From positions 2,186 through 66,185 of the forward strand of contig CACWIL010000001.1 of NCBI GenBank assembly GCA_902760905.1: a stretch of DNA of 64,000 bases, written 5' to 3'. Both the position numbers and the translations under genes were made by a program. The DNA is from an uncultured bacterium (lineage in GTDB: Bacteria > Cyanobacteriota > Vampirovibrionia > Gastranaerophilales > Gastranaerophilaceae). Positions within the stretch are counted from its first letter, which is position 1. Each line of letters begins with the position of its first letter. Positions 19,354 through 32,100 of the stretch are shown here, one piece after another. A model generated the notes under the pieces. It was given only the letters and a program-made list of their open reading frames with translations, was not told the DNA's origin and ran no database searches.

Positions 19354-20295
19354 ATGCGCATTTTACCAATTTCAAATACAAATATCAGATATAACAAAAC
19401 TTATACATACAAGCCGTTATTTAAAGCAAAACCTGATTTTCAGAGCTACAACAGTACGGTTTCATGTTATTTCAGGAGGGGTTCTGTTGTCTTATCCTGT
19501 GCAAAAGATTATGAAAAAATAGAGCAGCTTTTTAGTAAAATCTTTAAATCAGACACAAGTAATCCCAGGAAAATGTTGATTATAGGTATCGGAAAATCTC
19601 AGGAGCCATTATCGTATCTTGCATCAATAAAGGGAGTAATTAAAGACAGAACTCTTAAGCACAGCGTTGACTTATATTCAGTAGATTTACAATCAAAACC
19701 AAACCACCTTGAGTTAAAAGACAATGCCTTTTGTGATTTGTTTGATTATCAGTCTTTTCCCAGATATGCAAAAAGCGGTTTTATAAAGGACAGTACGAGA
19801 AATTGGCTTGAGAATAATGAAAAAAGAGAATTTTCTAATCCTCTTGAACAAATTGTTTCTGCGATTTTTTCTATAGGTGATAAATGGAAAGAGTTAAAAG
19901 ATAAAGGATACAGTTTAGGGACCGTTTTAAAAATGGCAGAAGAAGAAAGAAAACAAGGATCTTTACGCTGGAGAGTTAATGATGAAATTTTTAATTTTTT
20001 AGAGGAAACTTATAACAACCCGCAAAAGTCGAAATGGGAATGCGGAATTCAGGATGTCATATCCGAATATCCGAGTAAAAAATTTGATGTAATATCTGCC
20101 AATAATGTTTTACCATATATACTTTATGAACCTCAGATAGAACATACCGTAAAACATATAGTAAGGATACTGAAACCTAACGGATACCTTATTACTGACC
20201 CATATAATTTTCCGTACCATATAAAAGAAATAAATAAATATCCCTATATGAAGAAAATAGATTTGGGTATATACCAAAAAACCGCAGCCAAATAA
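19354..20295 (+). CDS. CheR-like SAM-dependent methyltransferase-fold protein
   Basis: SCYFRR, IIGIGKSQEPLSYLA (compare SAGCSTGEEPYS), FDVISANNVLPY, ILKPNGYLI. Confidence 0.65.
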   Translation: MRILPISNTNIRYNKTYTYKPLFKAKPDFQSYNSTVSCYFRRGSVVLSCAKDYEKIEQLFSKIFKSDTSNPRKMLIIGIGKSQEPLSYLASIKGVIKDRTLKHSVDLYSVDLQSKPNHLELKDNAFCDLFDYQSFPRYAKSGFIKDSTRNWLENNEKREFSNPLEQIVSAIFSIGDKWKELKDKGYSLGTVLKMAEEERKQGSLRWRVNDEIFNFLEETYNNPQKSKWECGIQDVISEYPSKKFDVISANNVLPYILYEPQIEHTVKHIVRILKPNGYLITDPYNFPYHIKEINKYPYMKKIDLGIYQKTAAK

Positions 20296-20396
20296 TTTAA
20301 CAAAATAAATATTTAATTGTCATGAATTATTTTTCTCAATTATTAATTTTTTGTTTATTTTTTAAAGATTTGTTGAAAAGGGTGGTTAAATGATAG

Positions 20397-22271
<1,875 letters not shown>

Positions 22272-22290
22272 GGAAATATAAAAAATAATA

Positions 22291-22327
22291 AAAAACGGGG
22301 TTTTAATTTATAAAACCCCGTTTTTTT
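22291..22327 (+). terminator. Intrinsic terminator after dnaK
   Basis: AAAAACGGGGTTTTA-loop-TAAAACCCCGTTTTTTT. Confidence 0.9.
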
Positions 22328-22332
22328 GCAAT

Positions 22333-22445
22333 AAAAACTGACTCATTTTTCTTTTCCCTTTGAGTCAGTATAAGTATTTCTCTAATAATTTTGGGAGGAG
22401 ATTTGGGGATAGTTGATAATTGCATGCTATACTAAATCTTTCAGC
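22333..22445 (-). ncRNA. Candidate small RNA between dnaK and ftsZ
   Basis: Minus strand: 5' hairpin, CUCCUCCCAAAAU tract, then ACUGACUCA/UGAGUCAGU stem plus U-run; ends approximate, expression unknown. Confidence 0.35.
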
Positions 22446-22708
22446 CATGGAATAACATGTCAAGAAAAATTTACAAAACGTAATAAAAATTTACAAAAAC
22501 ATGCTCAAACACATGCCGCTGCTGAAAATCTAAAATTAAAAAAATTGCAGACTTCATCTTTACAATTATCGGATTTTGCTGTTAAAACATGTAAATTTAT
22601 ATTAACAATTATTTATTTTTTAGATATAAAAACTTTACATTTGATTCTCTTTAAAATAGTATGTTACTATAATGGTATAGTATAGAAAACAGAAAAAGAG
22701 GAATAAAC

Positions 22709-23968
22709 GTGGACAATTTAGGACCGGATATTTTTGGAAGAAAAGATTTAAATACTCCAAGCGGAAATGATTCTAACAATAATATTTACTACCAGGGAGC
22801 TCAACAACAAAGCTCACAGTCGGCTTACGAACCGGCAAGCATTCAGTCATCAGACAACTCATACTCAATGCCTCAGTCTGTTGGCCCTGCTAAAATTAAA
22901 GTTATCGGTGTAGGCGGTGGCGGCGGTAATGCTGTTAACAGAATGATTAAGAATGGTTTAACAGGTGTTGAGTTCTGGTTAATGAATACAGACTTGCAGA
23001 TTTTGAATACATCAACCTGCAAAAACAGAATTCAATTAGGTGCACAATTAACAAACGGACTTGGTGCAGGCGGAGAACCTCAAATCGGTGAAAAGGCTGC
23101 TCAGGAAGCTGAAAAAGAAATTACTGCAGCTATTGAAGGTTCAGATATGGTATTCGTAACAGCCGGTATGGGCGGCGGAACAGGTACAGGTGCTGCTCCT
23201 ATAGTTGCAAAAATTGCCAAAGATTTAGGCATTTTGACAATCGGTGTTGTTACAAAGCCTTTCTCATTTGAAGGTAAAAGAAGACAAAATCAGGCATTAC
23301 AGGGTCTGGAAAAATTAAAAGAAGCTGTTGATGCTCTTATTGTTATTCCGAATGACAAGTTGCTTGATGTCGTTGACAGACGTGTATCTCTTACAGAATC
23401 TTTCGTTGTAGTTGATGAAGTTCTGATGAGAGGTGTTCAGGGTATCTCTGACATCATCACAATTCCAGGCTTGATTAACGTTGACTTTGCTGATGTTAAG
23501 ACTGTAATGGCAGCATCAGGTTCAGCTCTTATGGGTATAGGTCGTGGTTCTGGTGAAGGCAGAGCTACAGAAGCAGCTAATATTGCTATTAACTCACAAC
23601 TTCTTGAAACATCTATCAATGGTGCTTCCGGTGTTATTGTTAACATCACAGGCGGACCGGATATGACTCTTCATGAAGTATATGATGCAGCTAACATTAT
23701 CAACAACGCAGTTCTTGATGATGCAAGGGTTATTATGGGCGCTGTTGTTGATGACAATATTCAGGGTGAAATTCAGATTACAGTTATTGCAACAGGTTTT
23801 GAACTAAAATCTCAAATGCCGACCATGGCTAAAGAAGAAGGCCGTACAATCAGTGTAACAGACTTCTTCTCTAACTCATTCAATAATGCTCAGCAGGCAA
23901 AACCTGCAAGCTCTGCAGGATTTAATCCGAGTATCGATATTCAGATACCTGATTTCCTGAAGAAATAA
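22709..23968 (+). CDS. ftsZ: Cell division protein FtsZ
   Basis: [38 protein letters not shown]-terminal IQIPDFLKK. Confidence 0.99.
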   Translation: MDNLGPDIFGRKDLNTPSGNDSNNNIYYQGAQQQSSQSAYEPASIQSSDNSYSMPQSVGPAKIKVIGVGGGGGNAVNRMIKNGLTGVEFWLMNTDLQILNTSTCKNRIQLGAQLTNGLGAGGEPQIGEKAAQEAEKEITAAIEGSDMVFVTAGMGGGTGTGAAPIVAKIAKDLGILTIGVVTKPFSFEGKRRQNQALQGLEKLKEAVDALIVIPNDKLLDVVDRRVSLTESFVVVDEVLMRGVQGISDIITIPGLINVDFADVKTVMAASGSALMGIGRGSGEGRATEAANIAINSQLLETSINGASGVIVNITGGPDMTLHEVYDAANIINNAVLDDARVIMGAVVDDNIQGEIQITVIATGFELKSQMPTMAKEEGRTISVTDFFSNSFNNAQQAKPASSAGFNPSIDIQIPDFLKK

Positions 23969-23981
23969 TAATATTATTCAT

Positions 23982-24015
23982 AAAAAAGACCGGATTTTTA
24001 ATCCGGTCTTTTTTT
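23982..24015. terminator. Bidirectional terminator between ftsZ and prmA
   Basis: AAAAAAGACCGGATT-loop-AATCCGGTCTTTTTTT. Confidence 0.9.
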
Positions 24016-24029
24016 ATTGTTAAAATCTT

Positions 24030-24920
24030 TTATTTTGTAACTACATAAGAAATCCACTGGTCTTGAGTTAATATATCAATAATTTTTAAATTTTCTCTTT
24101 TTATCGCTTCTAAAACAACATCTTTTTTCTCATCAAGTATTCCGCTGAGCGATAATATTCCATTATCTTTCATAATATTTTTTAAGTCACCCATAATTTC
24201 ATACAGTACATTGTGCAAAATATTTGCGCAAACAAAGTCGTATTTTTCGTTCAGCTTGTCTGCGGTATTTAATTCAAAAATACACTCTACTCCATTTACC
24301 GCTGCATTTTTTCTTGCAACATCAATTACTGTTTCATCGTTGTCACAGCCGTAAACATTCGATGCTCCGAGCTTTTTGGCAAGAATTGAAAGAATCCCTG
24401 ACCCCATGCCGATATCAGCCATTGAACAGCCTTTTTTAAAGTATTTTTCCAAAGCTTTCATACATAATTGTGTTGTCTGATGAGTGCCTGTTCCAAATGC
24501 GCACCCGGGATCAAGTGTAAGAGTGATTTCATTTTCTTTTGGTGAATATTCAAGCCAGCTCGGAACAACTGCTATTTTATCCGTAACGTGTGTTACAGTC
24601 CATTTTTCTTTCCATTTTTTAGACCAGTCCTGATTCTCTTTTTCGTCCAACGTAATTTCCCAGCTTCCGAGTTCTTCATCACTAAAACCTCTTGATTTAA
24701 GAAGTTCACGCTCGGTTTTAAGTATTTCTACAGGGTTTTTATCTACATCTGTCAGGAAAACTCTTAAAGTTCCTTCTGTTGTAGCTGTCATAACAAGGTC
24801 TTTATATGTTTCTTCAGCCAGAACAACACCTTCGCAGTCCAGATTTGTAAAACAAATATCTGAAACTATATCTTCCATTTCAGGATTAATTGATATTTTG
24901 AGTTCATAGTAATTATTCAT
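24030..24920 (-). CDS. prmA: Ribosomal protein L11 methyltransferase
   Basis: DWSKKWK, LDPGCAFGTGTHQTT, DIGMGSGILSI, ANIL, LSGIL. Confidence 0.95.
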   Translation of the reverse strand: MNNYYELKISINPEMEDIVSDICFTNLDCEGVVLAEETYKDLVMTATTEGTLRVFLTDVDKNPVEILKTERELLKSRGFSDEELGSWEITLDEKENQDWSKKWKEKWTVTHVTDKIAVVPSWLEYSPKENEITLTLDPGCAFGTGTHQTTQLCMKALEKYFKKGCSMADIGMGSGILSILAKKLGASNVYGCDNDETVIDVARKNAAVNGVECIFELNTADKLNEKYDFVCANILHNVLYEIMGDLKNIMKDNGILSLSGILDEKKDVVLEAIKRENLKIIDILTQDQWISYVVTK

Positions 24921-24931
24921 AAATTTTCCTT

Positions 24932-26605
24932 CTATGCAATCGGCATATAAACTTTCACGCAGAATCCGCATTCTTCATTTGAATATAGTCTGATTTCACC
25001 ATTCATAGCTTCTACAAGCCCTTTTACAATATACAGACCAAGTCCTGTTCCTCTTGTTGTACGTGTTGTCGAATCATCAAGACGGCTGAACTTATTAAAC
25101 AGTGTTTTCAGTTTTTCTCTCGGAATAACATCATACTCATTTTGAACGCTTATTATAATATTTTTTTCCTCAACTTTATAATTTATTGTAATTGGTGAAC
25201 TGTCTTTTGAGTATTTTATTGCATTTTCAATAAGGTTAACAAAAACCTGTTCTATTCTGTCGTTATCTGCAAGAATTTCTGCAGAACAATTTTCAGTGTT
25301 GTTAATAATCTCTTTTCCGGAATCGTTTTTAACAAGCAGAATAGAGTTTTCTATAATTGTGTTTACAGGAATATTAACAAGATTAAAATTAAGCTTTGCA
25401 CCCTCTATGTCAGGAATAACAAGTAAATCTTCAATCATTCGTTTAAGTCTTTCTGACTGACGTTTGATTATTTTAAGTGATTTTTGTTTTGTTTCTTCAT
25501 CAATTTCAATATCTTGTCTTAAAAGCCTTGAAGTATATCCCTGAATACTTGTAAGCGGAGTTCTGAACTCATGACTAACTGTATCAATCATATTTGAACG
25601 AAATTCGTCAAGTTGTTTAAGCTCTTTATTCTTTTTGTTGACCTGAACGTAGGACTTATGAATCTGGTTAACCATCTTGTTGAACTCTGTTCCAAGGAAA
25701 ACAATCTCAAAAGGAGTGAAAATATTGGTTAACAGACGAATTCGTCTTTCATAGTTACCTTTTGATATCGCAATAATTGCCTTAAAAAGCTGACGAATAT
25801 TGATGTACAAGTATGATGTGTACAAACCTACAACGAAGAAAACAGAAAGTATGGTGACAAGGATTGAAAGTATTATTTTATCACGATTGTAGTCAATTGT
25901 ATCTTTCTTTGTATCCTCTGTTGTGTTTACTATAATTAATGCGTTGGGATTTGTTTTTTTCAGATAAACCAACGGTTGATTTTTTACGTTGCCAAAAAGA
26001 ACAGGTTCATTATCCCTGAGGTTTTTGGGAAGTTGTTTCATTATGTCATCATAATCATTTTGGTTAAATTTGCTTGAAGCAAAAAGTTCATTTGTATCAC
26101 CGTCTAAAATATATATTTGCCGCTCGTCTTCTGTAAGAGTTTTAAACCAGTCTTTTTTTAGTGTTTCCATGTCTAAAACAGCAACAAGCGTTCTGCCGTC
26201 TTTTAGTTGTCTTAAAAATACACCGTAATTATCCTGAATGTTGTATGCTTTGTATTGTTCAAGTTTATCTTTAGAACTCACTATGGTAAGTTCTTTATAA
26301 AACGGCATACTCTTGATTATTTCATCCAGATAATTTTGTTCCTGCTCCGGATTTTTATAAAAAACCAAAGTTGATATTACCTGATTTAACTCATTATTAA
26401 TTGACTGTTCAAAAACATCTATTTCCTGCGAAACAATTTTCGATATCATAACTGCTGCATTGCGAAGCTGGGCACGTGTTGACTGCTGGTTAACATTATT
26501 GATAATTATACCGCTTATTGTCATAGGAATAAGAATAGCAAAAAACATAACAATAATGATTTGCTCAGCGATTTTTAAACGTCGTTTTGAAAAGAATTGA
26601 ACCAT
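24932..26605 (-). CDS. Membrane sensor histidine kinase (HAMP-HisKA-HATPase)
   Basis: Two TM segments, VSHEFRTPLTSI, QVFVNLIENAIKYS, GTGLGLYIVK. Confidence 0.95.
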   Translation of the reverse strand: MVQFFSKRRLKIAEQIIIVMFFAILIPMTISGIIINNVNQQSTRAQLRNAAVMISKIVSQEIDVFEQSINNELNQVISTLVFYKNPEQEQNYLDEIIKSMPFYKELTIVSSKDKLEQYKAYNIQDNYGVFLRQLKDGRTLVAVLDMETLKKDWFKTLTEDERQIYILDGDTNELFASSKFNQNDYDDIMKQLPKNLRDNEPVLFGNVKNQPLVYLKKTNPNALIIVNTTEDTKKDTIDYNRDKIILSILVTILSVFFVVGLYTSYLYINIRQLFKAIIAISKGNYERRIRLLTNIFTPFEIVFLGTEFNKMVNQIHKSYVQVNKKNKELKQLDEFRSNMIDTVSHEFRTPLTSIQGYTSRLLRQDIEIDEETKQKSLKIIKRQSERLKRMIEDLLVIPDIEGAKLNFNLVNIPVNTIIENSILLVKNDSGKEIINNTENCSAEILADNDRIEQVFVNLIENAIKYSKDSSPITINYKVEEKNIIISVQNEYDVIPREKLKTLFNKFSRLDDSTTRTTRGTGLGLYIVKGLVEAMNGEIRLYSNEECGFCVKVYMPIA

Positions 26606-26657
26606 AGGATTATTTTAGCATGAAAATCAGCTAATAAATAAATTAAAGAATTTACCC

Positions 26658-27371
26658 CTATCCCCCTTCACCGAACGGTGTAAGTTTGTATCCTACGTTT
26701 GTTACAGTATGCAGATATTTAGGATTTTTTGAATCCGGTTCAATCTTGTTTCTGAGAGCTCCAACGTGAACTCTTAACATTCTGACGTCTTCATCACTTG
26801 AATATCCCCAAACCTCTTCTAAGAGGGTTGCAAGTGTTACGGATTTATTAAAATGCTGCATCAAGCAATATAATATTTCAAACTCAGTTGGAGTTAATTT
26901 TATTTTTTTATTAAGAATAATCGTTTCCAGAGTATCTGGTAATATTTCAATCTCGCCTGCTTCAAGAATTTCTGATGACAGGTTGTTTTCCACAGGCGGT
27001 TGGTTTCTTCTTAGAAGAACTCTTATTCTCAGAAGGACTTCCTGAATGTCAAACGGTTTAACAAGGTAGTCATCGGCTCCGCTGTCAAATCCGCTGGTCT
27101 TGTCGCCTATTGTACCTTTTGCGGTAAGCATCAGAATAGGAACATTGATTTTTGCCTGACGAATGTTTTTGCAAACATCAAAACCATTCATCTTTGGCAT
27201 CATTACATCAAGCAGGATTAAGTCGTATCTGTTATTCAGAGCTTTATTCAGTCCCTCCATACCGTCACAGGCAGTATCTGTAAAATATCCGCTTGAAGAA
27301 ATATCAAACTCGAGTAAATCTCTTATTTCAGTATCATCATCTACTATCAATATTCTTTTTTTCTCTGCCAT
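26658..27371 (-). CDS. OmpR-family response regulator (RpaA-like)
   Basis: ILIVDDD, LLDVMMP, DDYLVKPF, LTPTEFEILYCL, VWGY...RVHV...KIEPD. Confidence 0.95.
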   Translation of the reverse strand: MAEKKRILIVDDDTEIRDLLEFDISSSGYFTDTACDGMEGLNKALNNRYDLILLDVMMPKMNGFDVCKNIRQAKINVPILMLTAKGTIGDKTSGFDSGADDYLVKPFDIQEVLLRIRVLLRRNQPPVENNLSSEILEAGEIEILPDTLETIILNKKIKLTPTEFEILYCLMQHFNKSVTLATLLEEVWGYSSDEDVRMLRVHVGALRNKIEPDSKNPKYLHTVTNVGYKLTPFGEGG

Positions 27372-27521
27372 TATTTTTTCCTTTTTAAATCTCTTTATAT
27401 TTTATTTTATAAAATTTAAATCGGGGATGCAACTGAAAATTTTTAAGAAATATTAAGAAAAATTGATATATGTAAAATATACTATATTGTAAAATTATCT
27501 CAGTGAGAAGAAAATAAAAGT

Positions 27522-27740
27522 ATGTTAGATAGTAAACGTTTAAAAAATTTAGGCATAAACATCAAAAGTGAACGTTTGAGAAAGAATATCTCACAGGAGA
27601 GGCTCGCTGAGTTAACAAATATATCAAGAAACTCTGTCAGCTTGATAGAAACGGGTAAAATTAACCCTACCGTTTTAAAGGTTCTTGATATAGCAAGTGT
27701 TCTCGGTACGGACTTGAATGCATTAACTAAAGATATATAA
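27522..27740 (+). CDS. XRE-family HTH regulator
   Basis: ISQERLAELTNISRNSVSLIETGKINPT. Confidence 0.9.
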   Translation: MLDSKRLKNLGINIKSERLRKNISQERLAELTNISRNSVSLIETGKINPTVLKVLDIASVLGTDLNALTKDI

Positions 27741-27864
27741 TTAAATGTTGGCTGGAGATTAATACGCATCAATGGTAGATTGTCCCTCTTAAAAAGGGGG
27801 AGTTTTGGTTTATATGGGTTTATAATAGTGATATATTGTCACGATATATCTTTTTCGAGTATAT

Positions 27865-27903
27865 AAAAAAGGATTTACTTCATTCAAGTAAATCCTTTTT
27901 TTT
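27865..27903. terminator. Bidirectional terminator downstream of prs
   Basis: AAAAAAGGATTTACTT-CATTC-AAGTAAATCCTTTTTT. Confidence 0.88.
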
Positions 27904-27919
27904 ATTATTCGATATGATT

Positions 27920-28948
27920 TTATACTTTCATTTCTTTTTCAAAGCCAAACAATGAACTTACTGACTCGTCATCGTGGATTCTTGAAATTGCAGCACCAAG
28001 AAGCGGAGCTACTGAAAGTTGTTTAACATTGTGCGGCAAATCTTCTTTTTTCCATGGAATTGTATTTGTTACAATACATTCTTCAATTGGAGCGTTTTCA
28101 AGTCTTTCTCTTGCCGGTCCTGAGAATACAGCGTGAGTAGCACCTACATAAATTTTCTTTGCACCTTTTGCTTTGAGAAGTTTTGAGGCTTCACAAATTG
28201 TTCCTGCTGTATCAATAATATCATCAAACATTAAGCAAACTTTATTTTCTACGTCGCCGATAATATGAGCTGCAATTGCTTCATTATGTTTGTCACGGCG
28301 CTTATCGATAATTGCCATCGGGCAGTCAAGTTTTTTTGCAAAAGCTCTTGTTCTGTTTGCACCACCCATATCAGGTGAAACTGCGACCATTTCATCAGGG
28401 TCGATATTTAAGTTTTTAATATAGTCTATAATAATCGGATTAGCAAAAATATGATCAACAAGAATATTGAAGAAGCCCTGAATTTGACCTGTATGCAAAT
28501 CCATTGCAAGAACTCTGTTTGCGCCCGCTGTTGTAAGAAGGTCTGCAACAAGTTTAGCTGTGATAGCTTCTCTGCCTGATGTTTTTCTGTCCTGTCTTGC
28601 ATAGCCATAGTACGGAATAACTGCGGTTATTGATTTTGCACTAGCACGTTTGAAGGCATCAATAATAATTAACAGTTCCATTAAATTTTCGTTAACGGGG
28701 TTGCATACCGGCTGAACGATAAATACATCATCACCACGGATACTTTCCTTTATCTGAACGTATATTTCACCGTCTGCAAAATTTTTAATAACCATAGGAC
28801 CAACGGTTGTTCCCAGATAATCAGCTATTTCTTGTGCAAGCTGCGGATTTGAACGACCTGAAAATAATCTGATATCGTGAGTGGGGTTAACTGCTCTTTC
28901 GAGTTGTGAATAAGGCATTTCAAGAACCATTTTGGTAAATCCTTTCAT
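27920..28948 (-). CDS. prs: Ribose-phosphate pyrophosphokinase
   Basis: FADGE, PYYGYARQDRK, DLHTGQIQGFF, VSPDMGG, DDIIDTAGT; true start may be a few codons downstream. Confidence 0.98.
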   Translation of the reverse strand: MKGFTKMVLEMPYSQLERAVNPTHDIRLFSGRSNPQLAQEIADYLGTTVGPMVIKNFADGEIYVQIKESIRGDDVFIVQPVCNPVNENLMELLIIIDAFKRASAKSITAVIPYYGYARQDRKTSGREAITAKLVADLLTTAGANRVLAMDLHTGQIQGFFNILVDHIFANPIIIDYIKNLNIDPDEMVAVSPDMGGANRTRAFAKKLDCPMAIIDKRRDKHNEAIAAHIIGDVENKVCLMFDDIIDTAGTICEASKLLKAKGAKKIYVGATHAVFSGPARERLENAPIEECIVTNTIPWKKEDLPHNVKQLSVAPLLGAAISRIHDDESVSSLFGFEKEMKV

Positions 28949-29137
28949 ATTTTTGTGACAGAAGAATGATTTTATTTTACACTAAACATCACTATTTATA
29001 AATCTTTTTTTACAAAATATTAAGTTATATTCATGTTTAAAACACGTAAAAAAATTTTTTTGCGTATTATTCTGTCAGAGGTTATTATAAGTTATTAATT
29101 TATGATAGAATTATCTTAATTTAGAAGGGATTAGTTT

Positions 29138-32100
29138 ATGAATATAAAATTATTGAAAATTTTAGGAATAATTACAGGCAGTATTCTTTTGGGAGCATTT
29201 TTACTGTTCCTTTTACTTCCGTTTGTTTTAAACTTTTTTATAGATAAATATACTCCTCAGATAGTCGGCGAGATTAACAAACTGACAGGGCTCAGTGCCG
29301 GCATGGAAGAAGTTAGGGTAGTTTCAACCCCAAAACTTACTGCAGGTCTGAAAGTTAAAAAGTTTGAACTTTATACTCCTCAAAAAGAGCCAATATTTAT
29401 TTCTGATAATTTTGAAGTAAAAATGTCACTTTTGCCGGTTTTAGCAAAAAATATAAGAGTAGATGTTATTAAATTCGATAACATTGATGTTACGCTAAAA
29501 TTTAACAAAGATGGTGGTTTGGATTTACTTAAATACATGCCTGTAACAGAAGAGATTAAAAAGGATGATGACTCTGACAAGGAAAATAATAAAGAATATT
29601 TGCCCCTTGGGTTAAAATTGTCTAACCATCTTCCTGATATTCATGCCGGTGCATATAAAATTACAATAACTGACGGGAAAGATAACTATGTTGTAAATGG
29701 CAGTAAAACAGATATTACTGATTTTGTAATAAACAAAAGCGTAAAAATAAAAGGTTCAGGCAAAGTAATTCTCAAAGACAGAGAACAATTTAATTACAAT
29801 GTAAATCTGTTTAATAAGCTTATGCCCGAATCGGACATAAACGAGCTTGTATTTAATTCTCAGCCTGCTGATGAGCAGAAAGAAGAGGTTAAAGTTGATG
29901 TAATTGGTATTCTGAAAGGACTATACGACTACAAAGTTACTGCAAATGCGAATATTAACCTCAAGACCTCAAAAGACTCGATTGATGGTGGTGTAAATAT
30001 CTCAAATATTTCAATTATTGATTTACCGCATTCTAATGCTGATTTAATATTCAAAGGCTGTAAAATTGACATTGATTCAAATATCTATACTGCCAAAGAC
30101 GAGGTTTCAACCGTTAAGGGTAAATGTATAACAGGCAAAAATCCTTCTGTTGATTTGAATGTAAAATCAGGAGTAAATATCTCAAACATTCTTGATATAG
30201 TAAAAAAAGTTGCTCTGATATTTAATATAAAAGACTTACAAACACTTACTGCAAGCGGTAGTTTAAATGCTGATTTCAATATTAAATCCGATTTAAAAAC
30301 CATTCAGTCAAGCGGATTTTTTAAGGTTCCTGCGGCAAAGTTGTTTTACGGAGCTTATAACATAGGTGTTGATAATATTAATGCAGATGTATCTCTTGAT
30401 AATAATAACGTTAATATCAAAAACGTAAGTTTTTCAATACTCGGACAGCCTCTGAAAATTCATGGAACACTTAGTTCTGATGCGGTTGCAGATATGCATG
30501 TCCATGCAGAAAATTTAAATATCAAAGGTTTGTTAATTGCGCTCGGTCAGGCATCTTTAATGAAAGAAAATCCGATTTATTCCGGCTCACTGTCCATGGA
30601 AGCAATTATAAAAGGAAAACTGGATAAAATTAATCCGCTTATAAACCTCAGTATTATTAATCTTGATATGAAAAATATTCCGTCAGATTTACGCCTGAAT
30701 GCACCTGCAACAGAAGTTAAAATAACATCTGACGGCAAAACCCTTAGCGGAAATGCAGAAAGTTTTAATATTAAACTTATAAACCCTGCCGCAACTATTT
30801 TCGCAAAATCAATAAATGCAAATATTCTTTCTGACGTGATAGAAATTACGGAAACGCCGGTTACTATTGAAAAAATTAATACAACGATTAAGGGTAAAAT
30901 TACGAATTACCTGACAGAAAAAATTGGTCTGGATTTTGTATCAACCGGCGATATCAAATCAACGCTTAAAGGTGATATGAATATTCCGAAACAAACACTT
31001 AATCTTGTTTATCAGACAACTGACTTATCAACGATTATTATACCAATGTTTGATAAATCAAAACTGTCATTCAAAGGCAAAATTAATATAACAGGTAGCA
31101 TGCTTAATCCGGTAATAAACGGTTCAGCAACAGTTCCTTCCGTATCTGTTCCTGAGATACCTGTCACAATGAAAGACATGGATTTAAAATTCCAAGGAAC
31201 TATTCTGCACGGTTCAGGAATGGTAAAAGAATTTGCAAGCGGCGGAATTAAGGCACAAAATCTTACAAGTGATTTTGAACTTAAAGGTATGGATTTTTAT
31301 CTCAATAATCTGAAAGGGGAGTCTTTTAAAGGCAAGGTTAACGGAAATATTGTTTATAATCTTTCTAACGCAAAAACAAAAATCGTCTTCAAAGGTTCAG
31401 GATTAGATGCAGAAGAAGCAATAGAAGGTGCTGCAGGTATAAAAAATGCTTTATCCGGAACGCTGGGTTTTGATACAAAACTTACACTTACTGTTCTTGA
31501 ATACAACGCAATGATAAAATCAATGAAGGGTGATTTGAGTTTTGATATTAAAAAAGGCGCATTTGGTACAATTGGCCGCTTTGAAGGATTTTTGGGCGCA
31601 TCAAATATTACTCAAAATTATTTCCTGAAAAATACGGTTAATGCTCTGTCTAATGCAGCAGGTCTTGCGACAACGGCTCAGTTTGATGTTTTAGACGGTA
31701 AGATGACTTTTTCTGACGGCTGGGCAAATCTTAATCCGATTAAAAGCGCCGGTCAGAGCCTTTGTTATTATATAACAGGAAGATATAACATTGTTAACGG
31801 AACAACAAATGTTAATATATTGGGAAGACTTGATGCTCCGATGGTTGCCAAACTCGGTGCTTTGGGAAGTCTTGATATGTCTGATATAATAGGTGATAAA
31901 GCAGCTTCGGTTCTTAAAATTTTAACCTCAAATCCGCAGGGTGAAAAAACAGAGCTTATTCCTGCTCTCACTAACGGAAGTACAAACTCTCAGGAGTTCA
32001 AAGTTTCATTCAACGGCGGAGTTGATTCAAAAAGCTCCGTAAAATCTTTCAAATGGCTTAAAAATGCTGATATGACCAACCTGCAGAAACAAACTGCCAA

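Noticed and set aside
27783-27802. Fifth copy of the C/G-rich repeat (CCCTCTTAAAAAGGGGGAG)
   Set aside because: Only the terminal hairpin is present; too degenerate to assign
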